A DNA stretch of 64,000 nucleotides from assembly GCF_030144855.1 (NCBI RefSeq), contig NC_082723.1, forward strand, positions 25,916,001 to 25,980,000, written 5' to 3'. Below, in pieces: positions 11,535 to 28,400 of the stretch. Position 1 is the first letter of the stretch. Each line of letters starts with the position of its first letter. Source of the stretch: Hypanus sabinus. Its lineage: Eukaryota. The position numbers and the translations under genes are program-made. The notes under the pieces are model-generated. The model saw only the letters and a list, made by a program, of their open reading frames with translations. It was not told the DNA's origin and made no database searches.

Positions 11535-14290
11535 ACCATAAGACCACAAGACATAGGAGCAGAATTAGGCTATTTGGCCCATTGAGTCTGCTCCACCATT
11601 CAATCCTGGCTGATTTTTTTCTTTCCTCTCCTCACCCCCCCCACCCACTGTCCTGCCTTCTCCCCATAACCTTTGATGCCATGTCCAATCAAGAACCTAT
11701 CAAGCTCTGCCTTAAATACACTCAATGACCTGGCCTCCACAGCAGCCTGTGATAATAAATTCTACAGGTTCACCACCCTCTGGCTAAAGAAATTTCTCTG
11801 CCTCTCTGTTTTAAATGGATATCCCTCTATCCTGAGACTTGTCTTGGACTCTCCCACCAGGAGAAACATCCTTTCCACATCTATCATGTCGAGGCCTTTC
11901 AACGTTCAAAATATTTCAATGAGATCCCCCCCTCATCCCCTTCAGCCAGTACAGGCCCATAACTATCAAACATTCCTTATATGATAACCCTTTCATTCCT
12001 GCGAATCATCCTGTGAATCTCCTATGAACCTTCTCCAATGGCAGCACATCTTTTCTTAGAAAAGGAGCTCAAACTGTTCACGATACTGTTGGTGAAGCCT
12101 CACCAGTGCCTTATAAAGCCTCAGCACACACCCCTGCTCTTGTATTCTAGATCTCTTGAAATGAATGTTAACATTGCATTTGCCTTCCTCACCACCGACT
12201 CTGCCTGCAAATTAACCTTTAGGTTGTCCTGCACAAGGACTCCCAAGACCCTTTGCATCTCAGATTTTCTCCCTGTTTAGAAAATAGACTGCACTTTTAT
12301 TTCTTCTACCAAAGTGAATGACCATGCATTTTCCAACATTGTATTTCATTTGCCACTTTCTTGCCCATTCTCCTAAACTGTCTAATTCTTTCTGCAGCCT
12401 ACATGTTTCCTCAACACAACTGGCCCCTCCACCAATCTTCGTATCATCTGCAAACTCAGCAACAAAGCCATCTATTACATTATCTAAGTCATTGATATAC
12501 AGCATAAAAAGAAGCAGTCCCAAAACTGACCCCTGCGGAACACCACTAGCAGCCAACCAGAGATGGATCCTTTTCTTCACACTTGCTGCCTCCTACCAAT
12601 CAGCCAATGCTCTAACTATGCCAGTAACTTTCCTGTAGTACTATGGGCCCTTAACTCAGTAAGCAGCCTCACATATGCACCTTGTCAAAGGCCTTCTGAA
12701 AGCCAAAATATACAACATCCATTGCATCCCCTTTATCGATCTTACTTGTAATCTCCTCAAAGAACTCCAACAGGTTCGTCAGGCAAGATTTTCCCTTGAA
12801 GAAACCATGCTGACTTTGTCCTATCTTGCCCTGTGTCATCAAGTAATCCATAAGCTCATCCTTAACAATTGACTCCAACATTTTCCCAACCATTGAGGTC
12901 AGGCTAACTGGTCTATAAATTCCTTTCTGCTGTCTTCCTCCTTTCTTAAAGAGTGGAGTGACATCTGTAATTTTCCAGTCCTCTTGCACCATGCCAGAGT
13001 CCAATGATATTTGAAAGATCATTACTAACGCTTCCACAGTCTCTACCACCATCTCTTTCAGAACCCTATGGCACAGTTCATCTGGCCTGGGTGACTTATG
13101 CACCCTTACGTCTTTCACCTTTTGAGCACCTTCTCCTTTGTAAAAGTTACTGCACTCACTTCTTTTCCCTTACACCCTTCAACATCTTGTTCACTGCTAG
13201 TGTCTTCCACAGTGAAGACTGATGCAAAACACTCATTTAGTTCATCTGTCATCTCCTTGTCCCCATTATCATTTGCCCTTATTTTCTAGCAGTCCACTCA
13301 CACCTCTCTTTTATTTTTTACATACTTGAAAAAACTTTTACTATCCTCTTTGTTATTGTTTGCTAGCTTGCTTTCATATTTAATTTTTTCCCTCCTAATG
13401 ACTCTTCTAGTTGCTCTCTTTAGATCTTTAAACACTTCCCAACCCTCTGTCTTCTCACTAATGTTTTCTTTTTGTATACCCTCTTGTTTGCTTTTACATT
13501 AGCTTTGACTTCCCTCGTCAGCCATGGTTGTACTATTTTGCCATTTGAGTATTCCTTTATCTTTGGAATACATCTATCCTGCACATTCCTCATTTTTCCC
13601 AGAAACTCAAGTCATTGCTGCTCTGCTGACATCCCTGTCAGCAACTCCTTCCAATTTACTTTGGCCAACTCCTCTCTCATACCACTGTAATTTCCTTTAC
13701 TCCACTGAAATACTGCTACATCAGACTTTACTTTCTTCCTATCAAATTTTAAGTTGAACTCAATCATATTGTGATCACTGTCTCTTAAGTATTCTTTGAC
13801 CTTAAACTCTTTAATCACCTGCCGTTTATTACATAACACTCAATCCAGTTTAGCTGAGCCCCTAGTAGGCTCAATGATAAACTGCTCTAAAAGCCAATTT
13901 ATATGCATTCAACAAACTCACTCTCTTGAGATCCATTACCAACCCAATCGACCTGGATGTTGAAATCTCCCATGACTATCATAATATTGCCTTTTTGCCA
14001 TGCTTTTTCTATTTTCCATTGTAATCTGTGGCCCACATCCCAGCTATTTTTGGGAGGCCTGCATATAACTGCCATCAGTTTCTTAACTCAATCCACAAGG
14101 ATTCAACATCTTCCGATCCTCTGCCACAACTTTCTAATGATTTGATGCCATTCTTTACCAGCAGAGCGATGCCACCCCTTCTACCTACTTTCCTAATCCT
14201 CCAATACAACCTGTAACCTTGGCCATTCAGCTCCCAACTACAACCATCCTACAGACACCATTCAGTGATAGCCACAACATCATACCTGAC
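11535..14290 (-). mobile_element. CR1 LINE, 5'-truncated ~2.7 kb (endonuclease C-term + RT), frameshifted
   Basis: SDHNMIEF; KSPRPD; YRPVSLTS; SQHGFFKGKSCLTNLLEFFE; SGVPQGSVLG; FADDTKIGG. Confidence 0.93.
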
Positions 14291-14479
14291 AATACTGTAC
14301 ACAATATTACAAGTGCAGCCATTACCAACATAAGTGTTCTAAACCCTGACCACCTCTTCTTGAATGAATTTACTGTCGAGTGAACTGTTGCCTGTCCAAA
14401 TTTGGTGATTCATAAAATTGTCTTTACCCCAAACTATAACTTTTATACCTGGTTTCTCTTTGTCCATTTCCAAAACAAT

Positions 14480-14890
14480 GTTTCATTCTTGGACTCACTT
14501 TACACCACACGCTGTCGGAGCAGGGCTGCCAGGATAATCAAGGACAAGACCCACCCAGCCAACACACTTTTTGTCCCACTTCCCTCCCTCCGGGAGAAGG
14601 TTCAAGAGCATGAAGATTCGTACGGCCAGATTTGAGAACAGCTTCTTTCCAAATGTGATAAGACTGCGGAACAGATCCTGACCTGGATCTGGGCCGTACC
14701 TTCCAAATATCTGGACCTAACTTGCACTGCCTTACTTTCCCTTTTCTATTTTCTAATTATAATTTACAATTTAAATTTTTATTATATTTATTTCGATTTG
14801 TATTTCAATGAGCGTGGAGCGCAGAAACAAATATCACTGTGATGATTGTATGCTCTAGTATCAATTGTTTGGTGACAATAAAGTAATAAA
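14480..14890 (+). mobile_element. Rex1/Babar-type LINE 3' end
   Basis: LYTTRCRSRAARIIKDKTHPANTLFVPLPS..R. Confidence 0.75.
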
Positions 14891-15143
14891 TTGGAGTAGG
14901 GACATAATTGCTCCCAGGATTGTGGGTCTGTCATATGAAAAAATATTATTTAGGCTAGGTCACTATTCTCTGGATTTCAGAAGAATAAGCAGTGGCCTCA
15001 TTGAAATCCAGAATTCTGAGAGTTCCTCTGGCTAACATTCTTAGAGTCCAACAAAGAGTTACAGATTCAGTAACAGAGAATGATGTTGAAAGGGCAATGA
15101 ACTTTGGAGGACTTTGGAGCATTAATCATCAGCTGGAAACAAA

Positions 15144-15270
15144 TAAAGGATCTCAGCCCAAGACACCAACTGTACTCTTTTCCATAGATGCTGCCTGGCT
15201 TGCTGAGTTCCTCCAGCATTTTGTGTGTGTTGCTTGGATTTCCAGCATCTGCAGACTTTCTCTTGTTTGT
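15144..15270 (+). mobile_element. Short Penelope-terminal unit with TSD
   Basis: GATGCTGCCTGG..GAGTTCCTCCAGCATTTTGTGTG..CCAGCATCTGCAGA; flanked by AGCTGGAAA(C/T)AAA. Confidence 0.75.
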
Positions 15271-15729
15271 AGCTGGAAATAAAATTGACTTTGATGGATT
15301 TAAGTAAATTAACAGGTATGATTGAAATACAGTATTTGAAACAGATTAGACATGACCTTGGATTCTGGCAGAAAAGCTCAGATGGACGATTGACCTACTC
15401 CTGCTGTTCCTTATACTCATAATTAAGGTAATTAAGTAATTGAGCTTGAGGATGTGTAAAGGGACTGGATTTAAAAAATTAAACATTGTGAGTCAAAATA
15501 GGTCAACAGAAAATTGGTAATAAATGAATGAAAGAGTACAGGGTACAGGTAGGCAGCAGAACTTTAGTGAGCACAAGTTTACAGAGGTTACTAAAATAAT
15601 CTCCTGTTTGCTTCCATATATACTCTAGTAGGCTCATCGAGTCCTCAAAACCTGCCAACTCATTTTAGATCATCAGCCCATTTCACTGGTGCAGTAGATC
15701 TTTTCATCCAAGTCAAAACAGATTATATA

Positions 15730-16267
15730 CACTCAGTGGCCAGTTCATTAGGTACACCTCTCCATTAATGCAAATATCTAATCAGCCAATCAAGTATAAA
15801 TTGAGCCAACTCAATGTATAAAAGCCTGCAGACATGTTCAAGAGTTTCAGTTGTTATTCAGACCAAACATCAGAATGGGGAAGAAATGTGATCTAAATTA
15901 CTTTGACTGTGGAATGGTTGTTGGTGCCAGACAGGATGGTTTGAGTATCTTAGAAACTGCTGATCTCCTGGGATTTTCACACACGATAGTCTCCAGAGTT
16001 TACAGAGAATGGTGCAAAAAAAATGAAACAAAACATCTAGTGAGTGGCAGTTCTGTGGGCAAAAATGCCTTGTTAATGAGAGAAGTCAGAGGAGAACGGT
16101 CAGACCGGTTCAACCTGACAAGAATAATTCAAATAAGTACACAACAGTGGTGTGCAGAAAAGCATCTCTTGAATACAAAACACAACAAACCTTGAAGTGG
16201 ATGGGCTATGGCAGCAAAAGATCACACCGGGTTCTACCCCTGTAGCTAATAAAGTGGCCACTGAGTG
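15730..16267 (+). mobile_element. Internally deleted Tc1-like element
   Basis: TA-CACTCAGTGGCCA ... TGGCCACTGAGTG-TA; encodes paired-like HTH MGKKCDLNYFDCGMVVGARQDGLSILETADLLGFSHTIVSRVYREW. Confidence 0.88.
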
Positions 16268-17119
16268 TACAACTGAATAATAAGTAAAAACTTAAAACAG
16301 TTGAGCTTGAAATTTCTTGGAGACACAAGAGACTGCAGGTCAGTTCTGAGGCAATGCAGGGTTTCAACTCAAAATATTGATAATTTCTTTTTTTTTCCCA
16401 GATTATGCTTGACCCACTGAGCTCATCCAGCAGATTGCCTATTGTTTCATTGTTCTGCTTCATTGTCTGGCGACGTTCTGATGTTACCTCCTTGACAGTA
16501 CACATCAGATATTTCCCCCAAAATATTTTAGCTAACAGGCCTACGGTTATCACCTATACATCTCCCTACATTTTGTGCATAGTCTCAATATATCTGTTGC
16601 TCAACAATCCTCCAGAACTTCTCCAGGATCCAGGGAATTTTGGAAGATTCTATTCTATTAGTCTATTGTCTATTCAAGGCAGGGACTGGGTATTGATAGT
16701 GAATGATCAGCCATGATCTCAGAATGGCGGTGCAGACTCGAGGGGCCGAATGGTCTACTTCTGCACCTATTGTCTATTGTCTACACCAAGGAGCCCATTT
16801 TGTCTGCTGCTTCCTGGAATGCAAGACAGCAGGTCCAGAGGACTTGTCTGCCTCTATCCCCTTTAATTGGCGCCTATGTCACATTAATAAAAGTGATTTA
16901 ATCCCAATGATCGTCTGTTATTATTTTGGGTATGTTTTTAGGGGCTTGATTATTCTGCCATTTATTTCCCACGATTAATGCCTATTACTCTCAGGGACTA
17001 ACAATTCCATTTTATACACCTTTAGGAAAGTATTTTTACTAAAGATTTGAAACTTTCTAAACTCAGTATACCCCAAAGGTTGACTTTGTGACTGAAACTG
17101 ACAATATTTTTTACCACAC

Positions 17120-17505
17120 AAAAGGTGAACATTCCAGAAGCGGGTGGGGAGACGAGCTCATGACGAAATACGCATGAAATCCCCATTCAGCAAGGCGACT
17201 TCTGAGGGAACCGACCTGACGTCTCTACAGAACGACAGCAGATAGATCCAATGAGCTCAGGCGTAGGGCAGCAAATTCATTTCCCACTGGACCGGGTCTG
17301 TTTAAAGTTTGGCCAATCAGAGTCGGAGCGACGGGGAGTAGGCGGGCTCCTGAGGACCTCCCTGACGAGTCTCCCGAAAGTCCGTACGTGTCAGCCTCCG
17401 GAGTGGCCAGCGTGGGACCTATAGCCAATCAACAGCCTCCAACGCAAGGACAGTCGACCAATGGCAGCGCTCCACGACGAGGAAGTCAGTACTCTATATA
17501 AAGGC
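17120..17505 (+). promoter_or_regulatory. HSPA5: HSPA5 promoter: TATA, ERSE1/ERSE2, CCAAT boxes, CRE-like site, HSE
   Basis: TATATAAA 17495-17502; CCAAT-N9-CCACG 17458-17476; CCAAT-N9-CCAAC 17425-17443; CCAAT 17313 and 17248; TGACGTCT 17217-17224; tGAAcaTTCcaGAAg 17126-17140; CpG-rich ~17140-18200. Confidence 0.92.
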
Positions 17506-17524
17506 CGGAGCGGGTAATCGCTGC

Positions 17525-17569
17525 TGGTAGATCAGGTGTGTGGTGGTTCGGTTGGAGTTGGTTATTACT
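17525..17569 (+). other. HSPA5: Probable non-coding first exon of HSPA5
   Basis: Starts ~25-30 nt after TATA (start approximate); donor GTGAGT 17570; pyrimidine tract and AG acceptor at 18294-18295, 40 nt before the ATG. Confidence 0.7.
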
Positions 17570-18334
17570 GTGAGTATATTCGGGTTGAATCCCGTGGGTA
17601 GAATGGTCACTTGTCCCTTTTCTGGACCGAGTCCCTGAGGATTTGGTACAGTGGTGTTGCTCCGCGGCCTGTGCCGACGTAATTTTGCCCACATCCCCGG
17701 CTTCTGCTGCAGATCCGAGCGGAGCCTTGTTAATTGTTCGTGGGGCGATCATGCGGCTTTCGTAGGGGGAATGCTCGGACTTTAGGTTCAGCCAGGGCCG
17801 ATGGTGACTCACCGTTCCGTTTCCCATCGTGGGGTGGGCTGTGAGGAGTGGGGCCGCCATTGCGCTGGGAAGCGGGAGCGAGAGTGTGGCGCCGAACGTG
17901 GTCTCGTAAAATGGCTTCCGGAGCAGTGGGGCCGCTGCAGCACCGTGGAGCTTTTGTTCAGGGTTGGGACCTCTGTAAGATTGAGATGTCTGGTTCTGGT
18001 TGCATAGGGAGCATCGTTTCACTCAAAAGTGATGATAGTCTAGTGTAAATATCATATCCATCAGTTCACCGGTACCGGCCAGTTTTCCAAACCACTTGTC
18101 TGGGTTATTTGGCGTCGCCAGATTTAGGCACACTAGGTTATTTGGATCAGACTAGTGTAACTATCATGATCGCCGGAGCCATCTGGTATATTGGCTATTT
18201 ATACAGATTTGTAGCAATTTTATTTCATTACGTTTATAGAAGCTTAATTTGGAAATTGTGGGTAAACTTTGCTTTCTCCTTTTGTTTATATATAGATTCT
18301 TGACACTACATCAGAGTAGTAAAATTTATTCAAA

Positions 18335-22660
<4,326 letters not shown>

Positions 22661-22942
22661 TAAAGACCTAATTTTGTAAATAATGGACTTGGACTTTACT
22701 GTTTGGGAAATCTATAAGGACTAACTCTTGAATGTATGTGCAGAATTTTCACGAGTGGTGTGAACATTTGAAATGGTGTAGAACTTCCATTGCAGTTTCA
22801 GCACCTATTTGGAGGGAGAACTTGATTGGGAGAAGTGTCAAGGATTATAAATACAGTTCTCCAAATGCACATTTTTTTCTATTTATTTGAAAACTCATGT
22901 TTGGTCTGTGTAAGTGTAGAAAGACATTTTCTACTTATGACC

Positions 22943-22948
22943 AATAAA
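22943..22948 (+). terminator. HSPA5 polyadenylation signal
   Basis: AATAAA ~280 nt after the stop codon, followed by T-rich sequence. Confidence 0.7.
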
Positions 22949-24454
22949 TGTTATGTTTGATATTAATATTTCTCAAGCATCTTTACATTTGGAATTGTTA
23001 CACCAGCATTGGTTACTTTTGTTGGGTACAAGTTCATTATTCATGCTGCACAGAAATTTGCAGTTTGACTATAGGATCTAACTTGAACTGTGATATGAAT
23101 GAACTGGGTTGCACACACTACACTTGCTACAAGATTTGTCAGTAAATTGAACTGCAGAAAAATGAGTGCAGGTCAAGTTAAAACAAAGTCCAGCCTTGTA
23201 GTTATGCAGAATTAATAGTAAATCTAACATGATCCTAGGAGGGGTTAATAATAATCTCTAGAGTTGAATTCTTGAATTGATGTTCTGAATAGACAGCAAT
23301 CTTCAATCACACCTGGTGGAGTACTTAAAGCTGTATTTTGGATTGGCCCCCAAGAATGCAATTTTTACTATACTGAAAGCTTGTATGTTGTGTACATCTG
23401 TTATCAAATTCACAGCAAGAGATTTAGCCTCTGATCTGAGTATTGCCCTTCCATTTTCAAATTAAGCAAAACTCCATAGAAACAACTAGTATCTGATATT
23501 TTTTCAGAAGTCTAGATGTTTTCAAGCTTGAGATTAAGTCACTTGCACAAATCAGTGAATATTGTGAGATTTTCACTTCTACCTCATACTGAAATTATTT
23601 AGGGATTTAATTATTGCATTTAACCAGCAACCCAAATTTCAGTCCTGACTTAGGGTGCTATCGCTGTGGAGCTTGCTTATTATGGTAACTTGTACTTGGT
23701 ACTAAAGGTGCTGGTAGAAGATTAGATGGTGTTGAAGTGCAGGTGAAGGATAGACTCTAGGAGTTACAACCAAATTAGGGGTTATAAAGGGATTCATATA
23801 GGGTAGCTTAGTTAATTGGCATATTTCTGTGACTCAGTTAAGCTACCTTTCTATCTGCAGTATCAATTGTCTAAATGCCAATTTGCTGCTTTAATGGTTA
23901 CTCTTAAAATGGGCGGTCAGATTTTCTTCAATTAAGATTACAATGGGTAAGTGAGCATAGATAGCACACTAGGTCATTGACAGTTAGTTGGCTCCAGAAT
24001 GTTGGACAAAAAGTGTTGGTTTCTGAAAGAACACGGGGTTAGAGTTGTGCCTTCAGACATCTTTTTGACAGCTTGGGAATTTCTAGACCAGCATAATTGG
24101 AAAAGCATAGTTTTTTATAAATCAGAACCTATTCTGCTAATGACCAAATTATAGCTGATTAGTTACCCATCTCCCAACAGTCATGTAAAGAAGATCGGTG
24201 CATTTAAAAAGAAACTTCCACATGCATGGCACAATTAAAGACACAATGCAGCAGAAGGTTGGTTCTCACTGATTGAGTGGGGTTATCTGCTGCAAGGCCA
24301 GTCTGTAGTTAGATGTTGAGCAGGTTTGAACAGATTTGTGAGCTGAAGCGGTAGTAGATCTAACAATTGATCTGCCACACACACCACTGTTCTGCTGTCA
24401 CATCTGCACCATCTAGCATACGTTCATATTAATTTTTTCAGGGTTCCAATTAAG

Positions 24455-24915
24455 TCAGAAAACTACAGCACAAACAGGCCCTTAGACCCATCCAGTGCAT
24501 GCCAAACAATCTGATTTTGCCCAGTCTCATCAGCACCCAAACCATAGCCCAACATACTCCCATTTGTGTACCTATCAAAGCTCCTTTTAAATGTTGAAAT
24601 CGAAGTTGCATCCGTTACATGTGCTGAGTTGTATTCCCCTTAAATATTTCACCTTTCACCCTTAACCCATGTTGTCTCACCTGTGGAATCTGTGGAAAAT
24701 GCCTGCTTGCATTTACCCTATCTACACCCCTCAATTTTGTATACTGCTGTCAAATCTGTGTTCTACATTCCAAGGATTAAGTTCAAACACAGATCCTCCA
24801 GTCCCAGCAACATCCTGTAAATACTCTGTACTCTTATTTACATCTTTCCTGTAGTTCGGTGACCAAAACTGCACCAAATGCCAAGTTAAGCCTCACCAAC
24901 ATCTTGTACAACGTC
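24455..24915 (-). mobile_element. CR1 3' fragment between HSPA5 and RABEPK
   Basis: AGAAAACTACAGCACAAACAGGCCCTT tail as in other CR1 copies. Confidence 0.65.
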
Positions 24916-25109
24916 AATTACGTCACATTTATTTATTTTTAGTAATTTCATCAAAATAGTAAACTGATGGCCCATTCAAAAGCTCGTAGCCCCCAGTTTC
25001 TTGTTCTTTTACTTCTAGCCCCTACAAAATCCAATATGGAAATGGCCCACATTGAGAACCACTGATGTAGCGGAGCAGGATGCAATAAGTTGAACTGACC
25101 AATAAGCTG

Positions 25110-25417
25110 TTAGCTGGCTTTGATAAGAGTCACAAAGCAGTCATTGTAAATTTCACCTTGAGTGTCCATACCACCAAATATCAAGCACAGATGCACAATG
25201 TTGTCTGTCTGAACTGTTGACCAATTCACAGGGGTAGGGTGTGTGTCATTATCACTTGGTCTCACACTTTCCTTGTTCTCTTCAGCTTGTTTATCATCTG
25301 GTCTAGGAGTAGGTGTTTCAGTTTTCCTCATTTTCCAGGGTATAACACACATGGCATGATCCAACCTTTTTGCAGGCAGAGGTAACTCAAACTCTAACAA
25401 GGTCCAGCATTGTGTTT
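25110..25417 (-). CDS. RABEPK: RABEPK last coding exon
   Basis: ETQCWTLLEFELPLPAKRLDHAMCVIPW...LCLIFGGMDTQGEIYNDCFVTLIKAS*. Confidence 0.94.
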
Positions 25418-28400
25418 CTGAGGAAAGAGAAATTGATATGGATTCAGGCAACACACTGGTTCAGTTGCACTTTTTCTTTCAACTGTCTTGAAGGTTTCCT
25501 AATTAATAAATTTATACTGAATGAACTTTATACTAATTAGATTTGAAGCAATGGTGATGATTAGGAAGTTGCCCACTGCAAAAAGGAAAACGTTGGCTTG
25601 TTTCTATACAAGTAGTGCCCACTCATTTAACTAAGCATCCCTTTTTAAATATACTTAGTAACCAAAAATAAGCGGTTACACGAGTATGCTTCTAAATATC
25701 TCTACTGCTAACTCCTGATCTTACGACACAACTGGGATATCCAATTCACCTTGCTGGTTAATACCATGAACATAAAAGGCCCATTTTTTAAACAGTATGC
25801 AGATGAATGGAGAAAACAGACAACTGTTAAAACCACACAAGTAGAGATTCTCTACCAAAAAGTTATATTATCCAAGAAGTTGTGTCCTTACAATTTTACT
25901 GAATAAAGCAGTTTATTATAACCAATCAAAGCAAAGTTATTGCATCTTGCCTTTTATGGGATTGTTTTCAAATGGACATCTCAATGATTGAAGGGTCTCA
26001 GCCGGAAACGTAAACTGTCTACTCCCAACCATTTATGCTGCCTGACTTGCTGAGTTTCTCCAGTCTTTTGTGTGTGTTGATCCTAATAACAGGATCCAGT
26101 AATGCGGAGGGCTAGTACTTACCGATATGATACTTGTACATGGTATCCAGTGCTCCTGTGGCATCCAAACCACCGAAAATAAAAAGGTATTTTCCATGGG
26201 AAACTGCAGAATGAGCTGCACGACCACCTGGGATATCACCCTTCATTTTAACTTTCTTCCATTCCATATTAACTGCAGCTGTTTATCATAAAGATGTTGT
26301 CAAAACATCTTTAATATACTTAATGCATTTTAAAGGTAGCATTAATTTATTTTCATATTTAACTATTAAACAAGCACCATATGGCATTAAATAAGGCTGT
26401 ACTTTATTTTCCTTCAAACTGATTACAAATTCCTGTTGTGTTTATTGTAAATATCTAAAATCACAGATTTATCACATTTTAAATTACCATGTGCAGGACC
26501 TACCTGTGTCAATGGTATACATATCATTAAAGAACTTGTCTCCTGCCAATCCTCCGTGAATGAATAACTTGCTGCCTACACCAACCATCACATGGCCATG
26601 CCTTGGGGCTGGCGGTTCTCCTTCTGTTGATTTCTGTGACCAGCTAAGTGTGGCTGAAAATATGCAGGGAACAGGAAAATATACATTAGGTTTTTACTGG
26701 GAGGAAGCTATGTTAAGAAGAGTAATTTAATAATGAAAAAAGCAGTGAATACTTAATGGTGTGGATTTCACCTGATATTAAAAATATGAAAAGTGCAGTT
26801 GATTTAGAATTCAAGAGAAAATTGGGATGCAATAGAAGGAGGGTCAGATCTGGACCTATTCGGGGAATGAATTGACATGCAATGGGAAAGGCAGGAAGAG
26901 CATTTTGGTGAAATGAGCATTATTCAGTTGAATTTAGCAGTTATAGAAAATGCCAAGGAGAGAATAAAATTCTTATTCGAGCAAATTCAATTCTACATGA
27001 CTGTAATAAAACTGAACAAGAGTAGAAATCAATTTATGAATGTTCAGCAATAAGAAATTGGATAAACACAAGAGATTCTGCAGATGCTGGAAATTCAAAG
27101 TAACACACACAAAATGCTGGAGGAATTCAGCAGGTCAAGTAGCAGCGGAAATGAAGAAACAGTTCATGTTTCAAGCCAAGACCCTTCATCATTTTGTATG
27201 TGTTACTCCAAACCATAGGAGGCTTTTTGAGGGTAACAATGAGAGTTCAGAGCTATACTGTGCTGATTAAGAGACTGAATGGGACACTGCAAATCCAGGC
27301 ACCACACCCCTAACTAAAAGCACAAAAAGGAAGGCTTGGTAGACGCCAGGAGCTCAGTACAGGAAATAGGAACAAGATCTGATACTATGATATGACATTC
27401 AATATTATTGAAGGAGTGCTCATTGAAAGAAGTGAGAACATAAATAATTTATAAAACCCTGTAGAGAAGTTATCTATTGTGTTTCTTTAGGAAACAACAA
27501 TTGCTTCATTTACAGGGTAATTCATTGGAAGTGAGTGTTACTATATAAAACATTGTAAATAACTTGTAAAGTTACACACCGATCCTTCCTGCTGTTTCTC
27601 TTTCTACAGATTCTGATCTTTCTGCTAAGTATTTTAACCTTTATTTTTGAATTCAAAACCTTCATCCTTAGCCTTGTTACACTGTACCTCCACAATCTTA
27701 TCCAGCTCCATCTCAGCTTGCATCCTCTATTCTAGTGAGACTGAATTTCTGTGCAATGTACCTCTCTTATACTCCCAACCAAACCAAGGTGCACACCCCT
27801 CTGAACCCACTATCTTAAAAAGCCACTAAGTTGTGCAACCTTCAAGCAGCATGGTATCATTGTACAACATGCTTTTTGATTTAATACTTGTTTGCTTCCC
27901 ATGAGCTACATCTCTTTTGTGATCACTGACATTTTGAAAAGTGCCTTAGGTTTGATAATTGCCTTTTCATACGATACATAAATGTTTTATTATTTCATAT
28001 CTCTGGTAATTTCAGCTTTTAGTTTGATTTTCTCTTAGATAATTTTTTTTGTTGTCTTGTATTCTGTATTACTGGATCCTGACTCGTCTGACTTTTTAAC
28101 GACCATGTAGTGGCTTCTCATACATCAGCTTCCTCAAGTTGAACAAAGACATGCACAAGTATTCTTCATCAAGGGAATGCACCCCAACATCCTGGATTAA
28201 GTTCAAAAGGGAGCAGGATTGTGAGGTCTGGAGATGTGGATCCTGGATCAGCTGCTATAGCCATCTGAAGATCCACCAATAGACAACCCACTAGGAGAAC
28301 ATCACTTTCACTTGAGTGATCACACTACTTACAATCTTATACTTGGGGATCTGTTTACTACCTTTATCAAAAGCATGGAGTTGTGTATCTTGTACAGGCT

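Noticed and set aside
11535-14290. Active CR1 reverse transcriptase
   Set aside because: 5'-truncated, with multiple frameshifts and an internal deletion.
17486-18022. 178-aa minus-strand ORF over the HSPA5 5' region
   Set aside because: Lies in a stop-poor CpG island, has no recognisable domain and is antisense to promoter and intron.
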